Assembly: GCA_964016885.1 (NCBI GenBank)
Contig: OZ024751.1
Coordinates: 51,212,001 to 51,276,000, forward strand
From: Eledone cirrhosa
Taxonomy: Eukaryota
Reading direction: 5' to 3'
Length of the DNA: 64,000 nucleotides
Under the pieces are notes generated by a model, which had not been told where the DNA came from, made no database searches, and saw only the letters and a list, made by a program, of their open reading frames with translations. The stretch's first letter is position 1. Each line of letters begins with the position of its first letter. Of the stretch, positions 43,317 to 57,859 are shown piece after piece. The translations under genes and the position numbers were made by a program.

Positions 43317-45550
43317 ATCCTAAAATAATTAATTTATCTAAAAGAGATCTTGACAATGATGAAATGCAAATTCTGTCAAAAAGACTGAAATTCACACCGA
43401 CTCCAACAGTCAACCACCAAGAACTGAAGGAGGATACCCAAGAATTCTGTCGAAAATTACGTCTTGTAGAATTCTTCGCTGATAAAAGTAATGAGAGTGA
43501 TGAATCACTAGTAAAGAATATATCAAATTTCAGTGCGCCAAAAGGAAGAAATATCTATCTGGACCAATACATTGACATCCTGTCTAAATTTCCTCTTAGA
43601 CGTAATACTAATGTTAGGCCAAACATTAACAAATCAGAAATGTCTGCACTTAAACGTATACAAAATGATAAAACAATAATAATTAAACAAGCAGATAAAG
43701 GGGGTGCAGTTGTTATAATGGATACTGAATACTACAAGGATTTGGTTGAGGAACAACTGAAAGACACAACATTCTATCATGAAATACCGTCAAATATAGA
43801 CCACAACATCATGAAGAAGATCAACAACCTGGCTTCAAAATACCACAACTCACTTACTGATAAGGAAAGAGACTACATCACCAATTTTGAGCCAAATCCC
43901 AGCAACCTGTATGGCCTACCGAAAGTTCATAAGTCAAAAGAAATACAACTGGCAGTAAGAGAACAAAACAGTGAGTACATTAAATTACTACACCCAAAAG
44001 ACTTAAAACTTAGACCTATTATAGCTGGTCCAACATGCCCCACCCACCGTCTAAGCAATTTTGTTGACATTATTTTGAAACCACTATGTATTCACATACC
44101 CAGTTTCATCCGGGATGATATCGACTTCCTGTCCCATCTTCCCAAAACCACGGAAACGAATTCACTTCTACTTAGTTTTGATGTGGTAAGCCTTTACACA
44201 AAAATTATACATGATTTAGGAATAAAGGCGGTTAAATACTGAGTGGAAAAACATAGAGAAGTGATTCCCATCAGATTCACAGCGCCATTTATATTAGACG
44301 CAATTAAACTTATTCTGGAAAACAACACTTTCTTCTTCAATGGAAAGAATTACATCCAAATTAGAGGCACAGCGATGGGAACGAAGTTTGCTCTCGTTTA
44401 CGCGAACTCTGTAATGGAATACTTAGAACAACAACTCTACCAAGAAATAGAGGAAAAATATAGTACTGACATTAGAAAGTACATTGAAAAATCTTGGAAG
44501 AGATACCTTGACGACTGTTTCATCAACTGGACAGAATCTCTATATACTCTGGATGAGTTCAATATCCTCCTGAATAACCTACACCTATCTCTCCAATTCA
44601 CAAAAGAGATGAGTAGGACCAAATTACCATTCCTAGATATAATGATAATCAAAAACGACACCACCATTACCACGGATGTATATTATAAACACACAGACAC
44701 CCATCAATATCTGAATTTTAAGTCGTGCCATCCACCTCATACAAAACGCAACATCCCATACTGCCTAGCCAGAAGAATTTGTACCATTGTAGAAGATACG
44801 AATACCAGGTACAAACGCCTAACAGAACTAAGAGAATTTTTGCTCAAACAAAAATACCCATCTCTACTTATAGAAAATGGCATACAGCGGGCTATAAAAA
44901 TACCTATACAACAACTTAGGACAACCCAAGGAAGAAGAAACCAAGAACTGGTCATACCATTTATAATGACACACAACCCATGTCACCAGAATATCTTCAA
45001 CACTGCCAAAGCAAACCTACCGATCATTGCTCATAGTAATGAATTAAAAGGCTTAATCACAGATCGATCTTTGACTCTTAGTAAAAGACAGCCAAAAAAT
45101 GTGAAGCAATTACTAACAAAAGCAAAGTTTGACCTTAACAACAAAGACCAATCATTCACTGTATCTAAATGCAATGATAGTCGATGCGGCACATGTCAAT
45201 CCATACACGCCGGTCAATATATGAAAACAAAAACTGGAAAAATATTCCCAAATGCAAATATGAACTGCAAAAGCAGAAATCTAATTTACTGCATTAAATG
45301 CCCGAATTGTGAAGAACTATATGTCGGTCAAACTGGAAATGCACTATCGGAACGTGCACGGGTACACCGTCAGCAAATCAGAGACCCAAATGTCCGTCAG
45401 ATACCCCTAAGTAACTATCTAACAACATGTGGTCAGGGAATATTTATAATATTCCCATTCTACAAATTACACAGCCCAAGTGAAATCAAGAGAAAAATCA
45501 AAGAAAAGAATTTTATTGATAAATTCAAACCCAAGCTAAATGAACAATAA
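43223..45550 (+). pseudogene. PLE reverse transcriptase plus GIY-YIG endonuclease, one nonsense codon (TGA 44240-44242)
   Basis: INLS..ILSK.LKFTPTP, KQADKGGAVV, LYGLPKVHK, LRPII, SFDVVSLYT, GTAMG, RYLDD, FLD, KCNDSRCGTC, LIYCIKCPNCEELYVGQT. Confidence 0.95.
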
Positions 45551-45612
45551 TAACGCTTAGGGGTATTACTTCTACTATGACTATGACTACGACCATGTCG
45601 ACTACGACCACT

Positions 45613-45672
<60 letters not shown>

Positions 45673-45977
45673 AATAATAATAACAAAAGTGATGTTGATG
45701 GTGATGATTAGTAGAAAATGCTATTTTCATCATTTCTAAAAATAGCAAAACAATTGATGCTTTGGATAGGATTAATTATTGGTCGTTAGACATGCTCAAC
45801 CAGCCGTGACGCTTAAACCAATCAGCTTTAGTAATTCAGTGAAACTACACACCGATTGGTCGAAATACAGTTTGGAAGATTTAGCATTCTGGAGCCACTT
45901 TTCACTGTATATAAGGTACAAAATTTACCCATCTCATTACAGTTGAAAATTGCAAACTTGACTGTCACCACATATTA

Positions 45978-46016
45978 TGAACCTGAAGATTGCGAAAGCA
46001 TGAAAGTACTTGTTAA
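45978..46016 (+). ncRNA. Minimal hammerhead motif in the PLE 3' end (mirror copy 39509-39547)
   Basis: AAC-CTGAAGA-tTGC(GAAA)GCAt-GAAA-GTAC-TT-GTT. Confidence 0.7.
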
Positions 46017-46178
46017 ATTAACACTTAGAATTTAATATTCTATCATACTATTTCATTATAATACCATTATATATTTTAAAGGATTGTAAATAAAACGAGT
46101 AAATCAGACAAAGTTGGAATTCCTCTTATTAATATAATCTTCTATACACAATCATACACACCCGTGTATATTTATCTA

Positions 46179-47956
<1,778 letters not shown>

Positions 47957-48015
<59 letters not shown>

Positions 48016-48048
48016 ATATATATATATACATATATACATATACATAAA

Positions 48049-48140
<92 letters not shown>

Positions 48141-48155
48141 CATATATATATATAC

Positions 48156-48224
<69 letters not shown>

Positions 48225-48286
48225 CATATATATATAGACATATATATATATACATATATATATATATACATATATATACATACATA

Positions 48287-48318
<32 letters not shown>

Positions 48319-48377
48319 CATATATATATATACATATATATATATACATATATATATATATACATATATATATATAC

Positions 48378-48427
<50 letters not shown>
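47957..48427. repeat. (TA)n/(CATA)n tract
   Basis: Direct inspection. Confidence 0.95.
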
Positions 48428-48431
<4 letters not shown>

Positions 48432-49918
48432 AATTAAGTTAAAGTGTGCATCTACATATGTATACGGAAGTATTAGTATGCATATAAATACACACATGTA
48501 TACATATGTACATGTACTCAGCTTTTCACTAGACACTTTACAGTGAGTGTCAGCTAGTCTGTATGTAACCACACAGGCGGACCGGGTTTTAGAGTCATAC
48601 GAGTTTTCAAGGAAACACATTTCCTCTATTCTCCAGAGGGCCAGACAGGAATATTGGACTAGTTTCGATGTTATTACATCTCATCAGCAATATTTACCCA
48701 TCTTCCGGCTTCTCTGGAGAATTGTAAAAGCACATATCGTTATATGCTTTTTCTATGAAAATTAGTAGTGGGTAGACTAATTTGCATAGAACGTGAGTCA
48801 TTGTACGCACCGGTTCAGCGGAAACGATAAAAACAAATAACGAAACGAAATTAAATTTCGTTTCGCTTCTAACTCACTTTTGTATGACTGACGCTTAAAC
48901 AATTAAGTTAAAGTGTACATCTACATATGTATACGGAAGTATTAGTATGCATATAAATACACACATGTATACATATGTACATGTACTCAGCTTTTCACTA
49001 GAAACTTGACAGTGAGTGTCAGCTAGTCTGTATGTAACCACACAGGCGGACCGGGTTTTAGAGTCATACGAGTTTTCAAGGAAACACATTTCCTCTATTC
49101 TCCAGAGGGCCAGACAGGAATATTGGACTAGTTTCGATGTTATTACATCTCATCAGCAATATTTACCCATCTTCCGGCTTCTCTGGAGAATTGTAAAAGC
49201 ACATATCGTTATATGCTTTTTCTATGAAAATTAGTAGTGGGTAGACTAATTTGCATAGAACGTGAGTCATTGTACGCACCGGTTCAGCGGAAACGATAAA
49301 AACAAATAACGAAACGAAATTAAATTTCGTTTCGCTTCTAACTCACTTTTGTATGACTGACGCTTAAACAATTAAGTTAAAGTGTACATCTACATATGTA
49401 TACGGAAGTATTAGTATGCATATAAATACACACATGTATACATATGTACATGTACTCAGCTTTTCACTAGACACTTGACAGTGAGTGTCAGCTAGTCTGT
49501 ATGTAACCACACAGGCGGACCGGGTTTTAGAGTCATACGAGTTTTCAAGGAAACACATTTCCTCTATTCTCCAGAGGGCCAGACAGGAATATTGGACTAG
49601 TTTCGATGTTATTACATCTCATCAGCAATATTTACCCATCTTCCGGCTTCTCTGGAGAATTGTAAAAGCACATATCGTTATATGCTTTTTCTATGATAAT
49701 TAGTAGTGGGTAGACCAATTTGCATAGAACGTGAGTCATTGTACGCACCGGTTCAGCGGAAACGATAAAAACAAATAACGAAACGAAATTAAATTTCGTT
49801 TCGCTTCTAACTCACTTTTGTATGACTGACGCTTAAGTTTTACAATTCTCCAGAGAAGCCGGAAGATGGGTAAATATTGCTGATGAGATGTAATAACATC
49901 GAAACTAGTCCAATATTC
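48427..49918 (-). mobile_element. Retrozyme-like array: 3.0 x 469-bp units plus an 82-bp inverted piece
   Basis: Unit starts at 48427, 48896 and 49365; only a few substitutions between units; one HHR per unit. Confidence 0.9.
48650..48694 (-). ncRNA. Minimal type I hammerhead with GUC site (also 49119-49163 and 49588-49632 on minus; 49873-49917 on plus)
   Basis: AATATTG-CTGATGA-GATGT(AATA)ACATC-GAAA-CTAG-TC-CAATATT. Confidence 0.92.
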
Positions 49919-50336
49919 TCTTCGTTAATTTTCAAATTCTTTTAATTTATATATTATCTTCCAACGGTTTTTCAACCTCTCTATGTAAAACAATATATTT
50001 TTCTCAGTTATAAAAGCTATCTCTGTCTCTCTATCACCCATCTCTCCTCCTATCTCATCCTTCCTCATTATACTCCCCCCTCCACTTTTTACTCTCATCT
50101 CCTCCTCTTTTTCATCCTTTCCAACCTCCCCCGCCCCCTCAATTTTTTCCCAATATCACATCAATCTAAAACTACTTTTCATATGTTGATTTAAAACTGC
50201 ACTATTCACAAGTGTTCTTTTACCTTCATATCATGTCTCCCTATTTTATCTGACGAAAACGCAAATGTTATTGCATGATGATATTGCATGATGTTATTGC
50301 ATATATATATATATATAAATATATATATATATGTAT

Positions 50337-50377
<41 letters not shown>

Positions 50378-50378
50378 C

Positions 50379-50480
<102 letters not shown>

Positions 50481-50488
50481 GTATATAC

Positions 50489-50547
<59 letters not shown>

Positions 50548-50564
50548 TATTTTTTTTTTTCTAT

Positions 50565-50772
50565 CGATCGACTTTCGTCAAATCGGACTGAGGAAACAAT
50601 TTTTCCGTTGGTCTTTCCAGTTGCTAGTACTATCTATCGGTCGCAACTCCAGGTAGAAGGAGCAACGTGTAAAGTGTCTTGCTCAAGGACATAACGCATC
50701 GCCCGGTCCAGAAATCGAACTCACAACCCAAAGATTGTGAATCCAATTCTCTAACCCCTCAGCCACATGCCT
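50565..50772 (-). mobile_element. SINE family C
   Basis: Homologous to 6222-6438. Confidence 0.8.
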
Positions 50773-50878
50773 TCACTGTACACTTCCCACGTCCTAACAC
50801 CCAACCCTTTACCCATTTCCCTACACCAAACCCTTCACCAGATAAGTGCTCCACTCTACATCTACCTCTTCAATCCCC

Positions 50879-51003
<125 letters not shown>

Positions 51004-51029
51004 CATATATATATATACATATATATATA

Positions 51030-52297
51030 GTAATAATAATAAAATTGAAGACTAAAATCCAAAGAGGGCTCGATAAGGAAAATATATATCAAATATATAA
51101 GAACCGTAGAGCAAATATTTATTAAAATAACAGATTAAAGTTTAAGCAAAGAATCGCTGCTTTCACCCTTAATGGGATCTTCTGAAACTAACAAAGTCAA
51201 TCTGTTTACGCAGAACTGGATATTTCAAAAAACGTTGCAACCGGAGGAAGACAGGAAGACGATACTTTGGTTCGTGGAAACGTTCGCTATGCAAATAAGT
51301 AAAGGAATAAACAAAACATATACTTAGCTCCCACATCAAGACGTAAAATATCCACGTATAGATCGTGCTATCCGTTAGGGTATAACGTGGGGCTGTAATA
51401 CAGGAAAGTTTTGTGCAATTTATGTTTACAAGCCGAAATTGCCTCAGATTTTTTGTTTAAGATGTGGTCTGTGGCGTAGAGTATTTCCAGGGCCTCAGCT
51501 GCGCAGAGGTCACATGGTCTTTTATTTCCGTTATACGATCTAGCCCTAGCTAGGATCTCCCAGTGTAACTTATATTGGGTGTGGTTGTCTTTTAGACTCC
51601 AGATATAAGCTGAAAGTGACGTCATATTCCTTCTTAGAGGGTAACGAAAAGAATGGGTATGCATGTAAAGACGCTGCTTGAAACTATTGGCGGTTAACCC
51701 TATGTAGGCCCTACGGGACGTGGGTGTTACAACCTTACATTTGTAGACAATGTTACTAGAGAGGCATTTCCCGGATAGGGGGCAATCAGCCCGATTCCTA
51801 CAGTTACAGTTAGTACTAACTACAGGGTTGCACGTGTTCCTACGGCTAGGTAGTTTAGCTAAATTTGAAGCTGTGATGTTATGTGCAATGTTAGGAGTCG
51901 TAGAGTAAGAAATTTTAATAGTATTTCTATTAAAAATTTTTACTATATTTATGTGTAGGGGGAAAATGCTTCGTAATAAGGGAAAGAAAGATCTTAGCTA
52001 ATGGTGTGGCCACCTCCATATTATATGGAGCAAGAGCTTCGCTCGAAGTGGATTTGTCGATAAGTTAGCATATACAGAGTACGAAAATAGACCTAGAAGA
52101 AATAGATCCCGTCGCATTTGTTGGTTTAACCCACCATATAATATGGAGGTGGCCCCACCATTAGCTAAGATCTTTCTTTCCCTTATTACGAAGCATTTTC
52201 CCCCTACACATAAATATAGTAAAATTTTTAATAGAAATACTTTTAAAATTTCTTACTCTACGACTCCTAACCTTGCACATAACATCACAGCTTCAAA
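51030..52297 (-). mobile_element. 5'-truncated PLE (GIY-YIG region on minus, 52028 to 51368) with inverted 5' coding segment (52030-52297)
   Basis: WFNPPYN, CNCRNRADCPLSGKC, IVYKC..AYIGLT..FKQR..H, CDLC. Confidence 0.9.
51140..51188 (-). ncRNA. Hammerhead motif, CAGAAGA core variant
   Basis: GTTT-CAGAAGA-tCCC(ATTAA)GGGt-GAAA-GCA..TGC-TT-AAAC. Confidence 0.6.
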
Positions 52298-52686
52298 CCC
52301 TTCACCAGATAAGTGCTCCACTCTAGATCTACCTCTTCAATCCCCATGCATCTCCCCCATCCCATCCCATCCTCCAGCCACACCGTAAAGTGGTCATGTA
52401 GATGCCACAACAAAAAGCAGCCATTCCACACTGCAATGTGGTCATGTAGGTGTCATAACAAAAAGCACTCAACCCACACTGTAAAGTGGTCATTTTGGTT
52501 CCACAATAAAAAGCACCCAGTAAACAGTATAAATGTGGTTATTATTAGTAAAGGAATCCAGCCATAGAAACCAAACCAGAATCAGTTCTGTATGAGCAAG
52601 ACATGGTCATCTGATCCAACTTGTTTTACATCTAGACAACTCGTCTAACCCATGCTAGCATGGAAAAATGGGCATTAAATGATGAC
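52294..52686 (+). mobile_element. Diverged RTE 3' UTR-like repeat
   Basis: CACACTGTAAAGTGG subrepeats; TAACCCATGCTAGCATGGAAAA end. Confidence 0.75.
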
Positions 52687-52754
52687 TGCTGGGTATATAT
52701 ATGACTACATATATATATGACTACATTAGCATGTGATGCGCATTAATGATGACT

Positions 52755-52975
52755 GCTGGGTGAAGCAGTGCCAAATAATCCCAGTGGAAGGAAGACACAG
52801 TAGCGGAAGACCACGGAAAACAGAAAACATGGGTGGAAGTGGTGAGAGCTGACCTCAGATCGCTGAAGCTCATAGAGGAAATGACGAAGGACCGGGACAC
52901 ATGGAGAGATGCTGTGCCGATGAGGACCTGTCCCACCCTTGCAAGCGGGGAAAAGCGGATGTAATATGCTGATGA
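52755..52975 (+). mobile_element. RTE LINE extreme 3' fragment
   Basis: GRPRKT..EVVRADLRSL..MTKDRDTWR; tail CCCACCCTTGCAAGCGGGGAAAAGCGGA. Confidence 0.8.
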
Positions 52976-53502
52976 TACACATTATATATATATATATATA
53001 TATTTAGATCAATATCTGAAAACTCATCTCTGCATGCATTTTATGGTGTACTTTATACAAGATTATATTGCAATAAATGACCATTTATGATAAACAAAAT
53101 GTTTGATAACTTTAGATATTGACAGTACAAATTTGTCTCTTTGTGTTTGGACAATTATCTTATCAGCATTTCCATTTTGAAAAATATTACAGAAATAATA
53201 AAAGAATAAACTATATGGCTGTTAGAATGGTTTAGAGGCCTTGTTTGCATGAATGCTAATGAGAAGTGTTTCCTAATCAACCAGGTAAGATTAGATTATG
53301 TATGAGAGAAAGACAAAACACTGGATTAACTCTGGTACAAGATTTAATTGCATTACATAAATCTATTGATTCGGTCAGCTTGGAATATAGGGACAGAATT
53401 ACCAGCTTGTTTATACAATGGTTGCCAGGCAAAAACTGCTTCCAACAATATATAAACATATATGCAAATGCATACACTTACATCATAATTTTATATATAT
53501 AT

Positions 53503-53725
53503 CATCATCATCATCATCGTTTAACGTCTATCTTCCACGCTAGCATGGGTTAGACTGGAGTTGTCCCACTTGAAGCAAGATTGGTCGCTTGTATAAGACT
53601 ATCTGGCAGGTTTTCTATGGCTGGATACCCTTCCTAACACCAACCACATTTACAGTGTGGACTGGGAGCTTTTTACCGTGTTACCTACATGGCCACATTT
53701 CAGCGTGGACTGTGTGTATTTTGTC
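53503..53725 (-). mobile_element. RTE 3' UTR copy
   Basis: Matches 61435-61657. Confidence 0.85.
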
Positions 53726-53790
53726 CAGATCCGAAAAGATATAGAAAAATTAGAGGTTCACAGTGAATATCTCAAGAAAAAAAATATTAT

Positions 53791-54433
53791 ATATATAGCT
53801 TTCACCGTATTTTTGACTAAAGGAATTTTAGCTTGATAACGGGGTTTAGAACCCTCAGATAAATGGAAAAAGATGAGTATTGACGTACATGGGAGTCGAA
53901 CCCACATCTGTGGTTATCGCGACCACTGTGCTACCATTACACCAACACATCACCCATCTCTCTCCATTCAAATTAGAAACTACATTCTTAGCGAGTTTAA
54001 ATGGCAAGTAAGTATGTTTTGAAACAGTGAGCGAGTTTGAAATTAGAAAATATATAGCTTTCACCGTATTTTTGACTAAAGGAATTTTAGCTTGATAACG
54101 GGGTTAAACCCCGTTATCAAGCTAAAACCCTCAGATAAATAGAAAAAGATGAGTATTGACGTACATGGGAGTCGAACCCACTTAAACTCGCTAAGAATGT
54201 AGTTTCTAATTTGAATGGAAAGAGATGGGTGATGTGTTGGTGTAATGGTAGCACAGTGGTCGCGATAACCACAGATGTGGGTTCGACTCCCATGTATGTC
54301 AATACTCATCTTTTTCCATTTATCTGAGGGTTCTAAACCCCGTTATCAAGCTAAAATTCCTTTAGTCAAAAATACGGTGAAAGCTATATATTTTCTAATT
54401 TCAAACTCGCTCACTGTTTCAAAACATACTTAC
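53791..54433. mobile_element. 259-bp tRNA-headed unit in tandem plus inverted arrangement, between short TA tracts
   Basis: GCTTTCACC at 53798 and 54057; 54182-54433 is the inverted copy. Confidence 0.8.
54231..54301 (+). pseudogene. tRNA-like cloverleaf (mirror copy 53881-53951)
   Basis: GATGTGT-TG-GTGT AATGGTA GCAC-A-GTGGT CGCGATA ACCAC-AGAT-GTGGG TTCGACT CCCAT-GTATGTC-A; no U33, several G-U pairs in the acceptor stem. Confidence 0.7.
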
Positions 54434-55488
54434 TATTATATATATATATATATAATGTTAAGGTATCATAACATATATAATATGTATGATGATTATGTTT
54501 CTCAATAAAAAAACTCAATGGACCTTGGCTCAGAGCATCAATAATTAAAATCAAAAGATATATTTAAAGAGAGGGAAAGAGCCATATATCGTTTGAGAAA
54601 CACATAGTATTTTGTACATATATATAAAGCACATAATATTCAGGAAAAAATACATACTTTAAGGTGGAAAATCCATTATTTTCCTTATGGTGCTATTTCA
54701 TTAATCAACTATCGATTACCAACCATCATTTTTAATAAAGCTATGCAAGACAGGAACTAATCATCATAGGAATCATCTTTAGATATGTCCCGAACTAAAG
54801 TCTCTGATATCTGAATGAGTAAAATATCAACAGAAGGGCACCCAGGAGTCATGACCTAGAAACAGCCCGGCCCAGTCCCCTTAGAGTATAAGGAGGTCAG
54901 GGCCAAAACACTTTATAGAGCGGGGGTGGGGGATTCTTCTCTAAAGATCTACAGACCAGCTCGCCTGAGAGTTTCTTACCACCACTATATATATATATAG
55001 TATACAGGTGGTTGGTGAGTAATAATATATTATAATAGGTGACACTTTTTTTAACCCTATGCTTTTATGTGAATTATATATTCAGTGTTAAAAGTGAGTA
55101 TTAACACCAATAACTGTTTGCTATTGGTGTTATATACTAAGTGTTTATATTAAGAATGAGGGATCAAAGTTTCTGTTTGTAATTATTCATAGCAAGTGTT
55201 TTGCAAATGACCAGCTTGAAGCCTGGGTCGATCACAATCACCTTCAAATCTCTCATAGATTTACTCATCAGACAGTGGAGATCAGTATCAGAATATATTC
55301 ATCTCAGAGATGGACATATTCTGATCCTGATCTCCACTGCATCAGTTGAGCAACTCGATCTCAGAGCCAAAGCTGATTGTAATCGATTAAGGCTCCAAGC
55401 TGGTCATTTTGTTATGTGTGATTACAAATAAAATATGTTAAACTGAAACTTCCACCTCTCATAATTAATCTCTCTCTCTCTCTGGGTG

Positions 55489-55527
<39 letters not shown>

Positions 55528-55528
<1 letters not shown>

Positions 55529-55780
55529 TGTAGGTGTCACGAGAAAAAAACACAGTCCACGCTGTAATGTGGCCGTGTAGGTAGCACAGTAAAAAGTTCC
55601 CAGTTCCACATTGTAAATGTGGTTGGTGTTAGGAAGGGCATCCAGCCGTAGAAAACCTGCCAGATAGTCCTATATGAGCGAGACACGGTCACCCGACCAA
55701 CCTTGCCTCAAGTGGGACAACTCCTGTCTAACCCATGCTAGCGTGGAAAGTGGACGTTAAACGAGGATGATAATGATGAT
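55528..55780 (+). mobile_element. RTE 3' UTR copy
   Basis: Matches 61413-61657. Confidence 0.85.
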
Positions 55781-55882
55781 ATATATATATATCATCATTG
55801 TCATCATTTAACGTCCGTCTTCCATGCTATTATTATTATTATTATTATTATTACTATTATTATCATTATTATAGATATTCTT

Positions 55883-56030
55883 ATGGTGACAGATTGGCAG
55901 TATTGGTAGAGTATCGGACAACATGTTTTGCAGCATAGAGTTACAGCCTTTTATGATCTGAGTTCAAATGCCGCCAAGATAAGCCTTGCCTTTTTTCCTT
56001 ACAGGGTCAACAGCATAAAGTGTTCAGTAA
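55883..56030 (+). mobile_element. SINE family A, 5' part
   Basis: A and B boxes. Confidence 0.75.
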
Positions 56031-56104
56031 ACCTGATTTTTTAATCTATTTTTTATTATGATCAACTGTTATTAGTTATTTTCTGCATTTGGGATTCCCA
56101 CATC

Positions 56105-56139
<35 letters not shown>

Positions 56140-57112
56140 TGTGTGTGTGTGTGTTTTTTTTTTATTAAACTTTTAATCAGTGTTAATAATATTAACTCTA
56201 CTGGTTTATATATATATATATAACTTTATCGTGTCCTCTCTGGGATTTGGTCTTTGTATTTATTATTATCACTAATATAATAGAAGCAAGTGTAGCACAA
56301 TAATAAATATAGACTTCGGCAAGAGGAGATAGTAGAAGATATATATTGGCTTTAACATATGTTTCTGTGCCTTTTATAATAGTCTACATATGCTGACTGC
56401 AATATATATTGTTCAATATATAAACATACATACCAGTATTCTATTTTATATAAATATTGTGAGAAACTGATTGGTAAAACTTGTATTACAAGTTACTTAT
56501 ATTGAAATAAATAATTTAAATTATCCCTATATTCCTCTGTCAACAGATAATGTCTACAACCTGTAAAATATATACCAGCGTATGTCATTAAAAAGCCCAT
56601 CTAGAGACACTTTCCTTGATTGGGTGTGGAATATGTATTCATGACATCATTTTCATATAAATCTAGATATTTCTCTTTTTTCTATCTCTTATATTAAATC
56701 CATCATAATCAATTTATATTTTTAGACTTTGCCAAGAGGGCATTGCTTTGCTTCAATTCTATACTACATAGTATGTTCTATAATTGAACATTCAATATCT
56801 ATACTATACACAAAGTGTTTTTTTTTTATTGAATCAAAACTGACAATGATATGGTAATATTGTTAGAGTAATATATTCTACCTTGTAAATAATAGAAGCC
56901 ATGTGAAGTGTAGCGAATTAATGTGGAGTGCATCATAAATCATATATTCATTTATAATTCAAACTTCATCACTCAACCTGTTAGCATGAATTTTAAATAA
57001 AAGGTGATTACTTTTTTTTTTTTTTTGCTTTAAAACTATGAATAAAATCTACATAGACATTAAAATTGTGTAAGAGCCTTCTCCTACAAGAAAGCTTGTT
57101 TTATTTATATAC

Positions 57113-57265
57113 ATTTAGTCCAGAATTTAGTCCAGAATTAGCCGTCGAAACGGCTTGAGCTCAGCCGTCGGGGTTCTACTCGTTCCTATTACTCACTCTG
57201 CTACCCTAAGTATTGAGTACTTTGGTGCGTTATGGTCCACCTGGTTCCTTACCACATTTCCTTCG

Positions 57266-57268
<3 letters not shown>
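57113..57268 (+). mobile_element. PLE-type terminal remnant (3' half of HHR plus tail)
   Basis: Same family as 590-787; TTTAGTCCAGAA duplicated at the 5' junction. Confidence 0.8.
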
Positions 57269-57311
<43 letters not shown>

Positions 57312-57323
57312 GTATATATATAT

Positions 57324-57377
<54 letters not shown>

Positions 57378-57378
<1 letters not shown>

Positions 57379-57640
57379 GAGGAACGTGGTAAGGGTATTG
57401 GACTTACAATCATAATGTCATGGGTTTGATTCCTGGGTTTTGTGTTGTGTTCTTGAGCAAAACACTTCATCTCATGTTTCTCCAGTATACTCAGCTGAAA
57501 ATGAGTGCCAGCAATAGCTGGGAGTTTAACCCTGTGATGGACTGGCATCCTCTCCAGGGGCGAAGTCTTGTACTCTCAGTCACTTCACGCCAAGAAACCG
57601 GGATAAGCACTGGCCAAATGAGCTGCTATCACGATGTAAT
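57378..57640 (+). mobile_element. tRNA/CORE-like SINE with a different 3' domain
   Basis: TTCTTGAGCAAAACAC box, then CCCTGTGATGGACTGGCATCC. Confidence 0.75.
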
Positions 57641-57859
57641 GTAACGTACAAATATTTCTTCACTCTTCTCACCATTTTAATTCCCTAGTCCATTCATCAA
57701 TCTGTATCATTTCTCCCTGAATCCAATCTTTGCTTTTCTATTCGATAATTCTAGCGTATTTTTCAAAACAAATCTTGTATTATTGTTTTATGCTTGTTAA
57801 ATTATGCCCAAAATACGGGGATCTTATTTAAACCTTAACCTTCTTGCTAACTACCCAAT

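Noticed and set aside
44240-44242. In-frame TGA as selenocysteine or readthrough, as reported for some PLE clades
   Set aside because: The left arm has TGG (Trp) at the same codon, so this is a simple nonsense mutation
48547-49703. Repeated 72-aa and 64-aa ORFs in the 469-bp units
   Set aside because: Non-ATG starts, no recognisable domain, and frames not preserved in the 466-bp subfamily
50255-50300. CTGACGA hammerhead start after TATTTTAT
   Set aside because: No helix II closure or GAAA/helix III before the TA tract; at most a truncated remnant
54005-54016. U1 snRNA 5'-end-like ATACTTACTTG on minus
   Set aside because: Only about 10 nt of similarity and no U1 body
54231-54301. Functional tRNA gene
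   Set aside because: No U33, weak acceptor stem, embedded in a repeat unit
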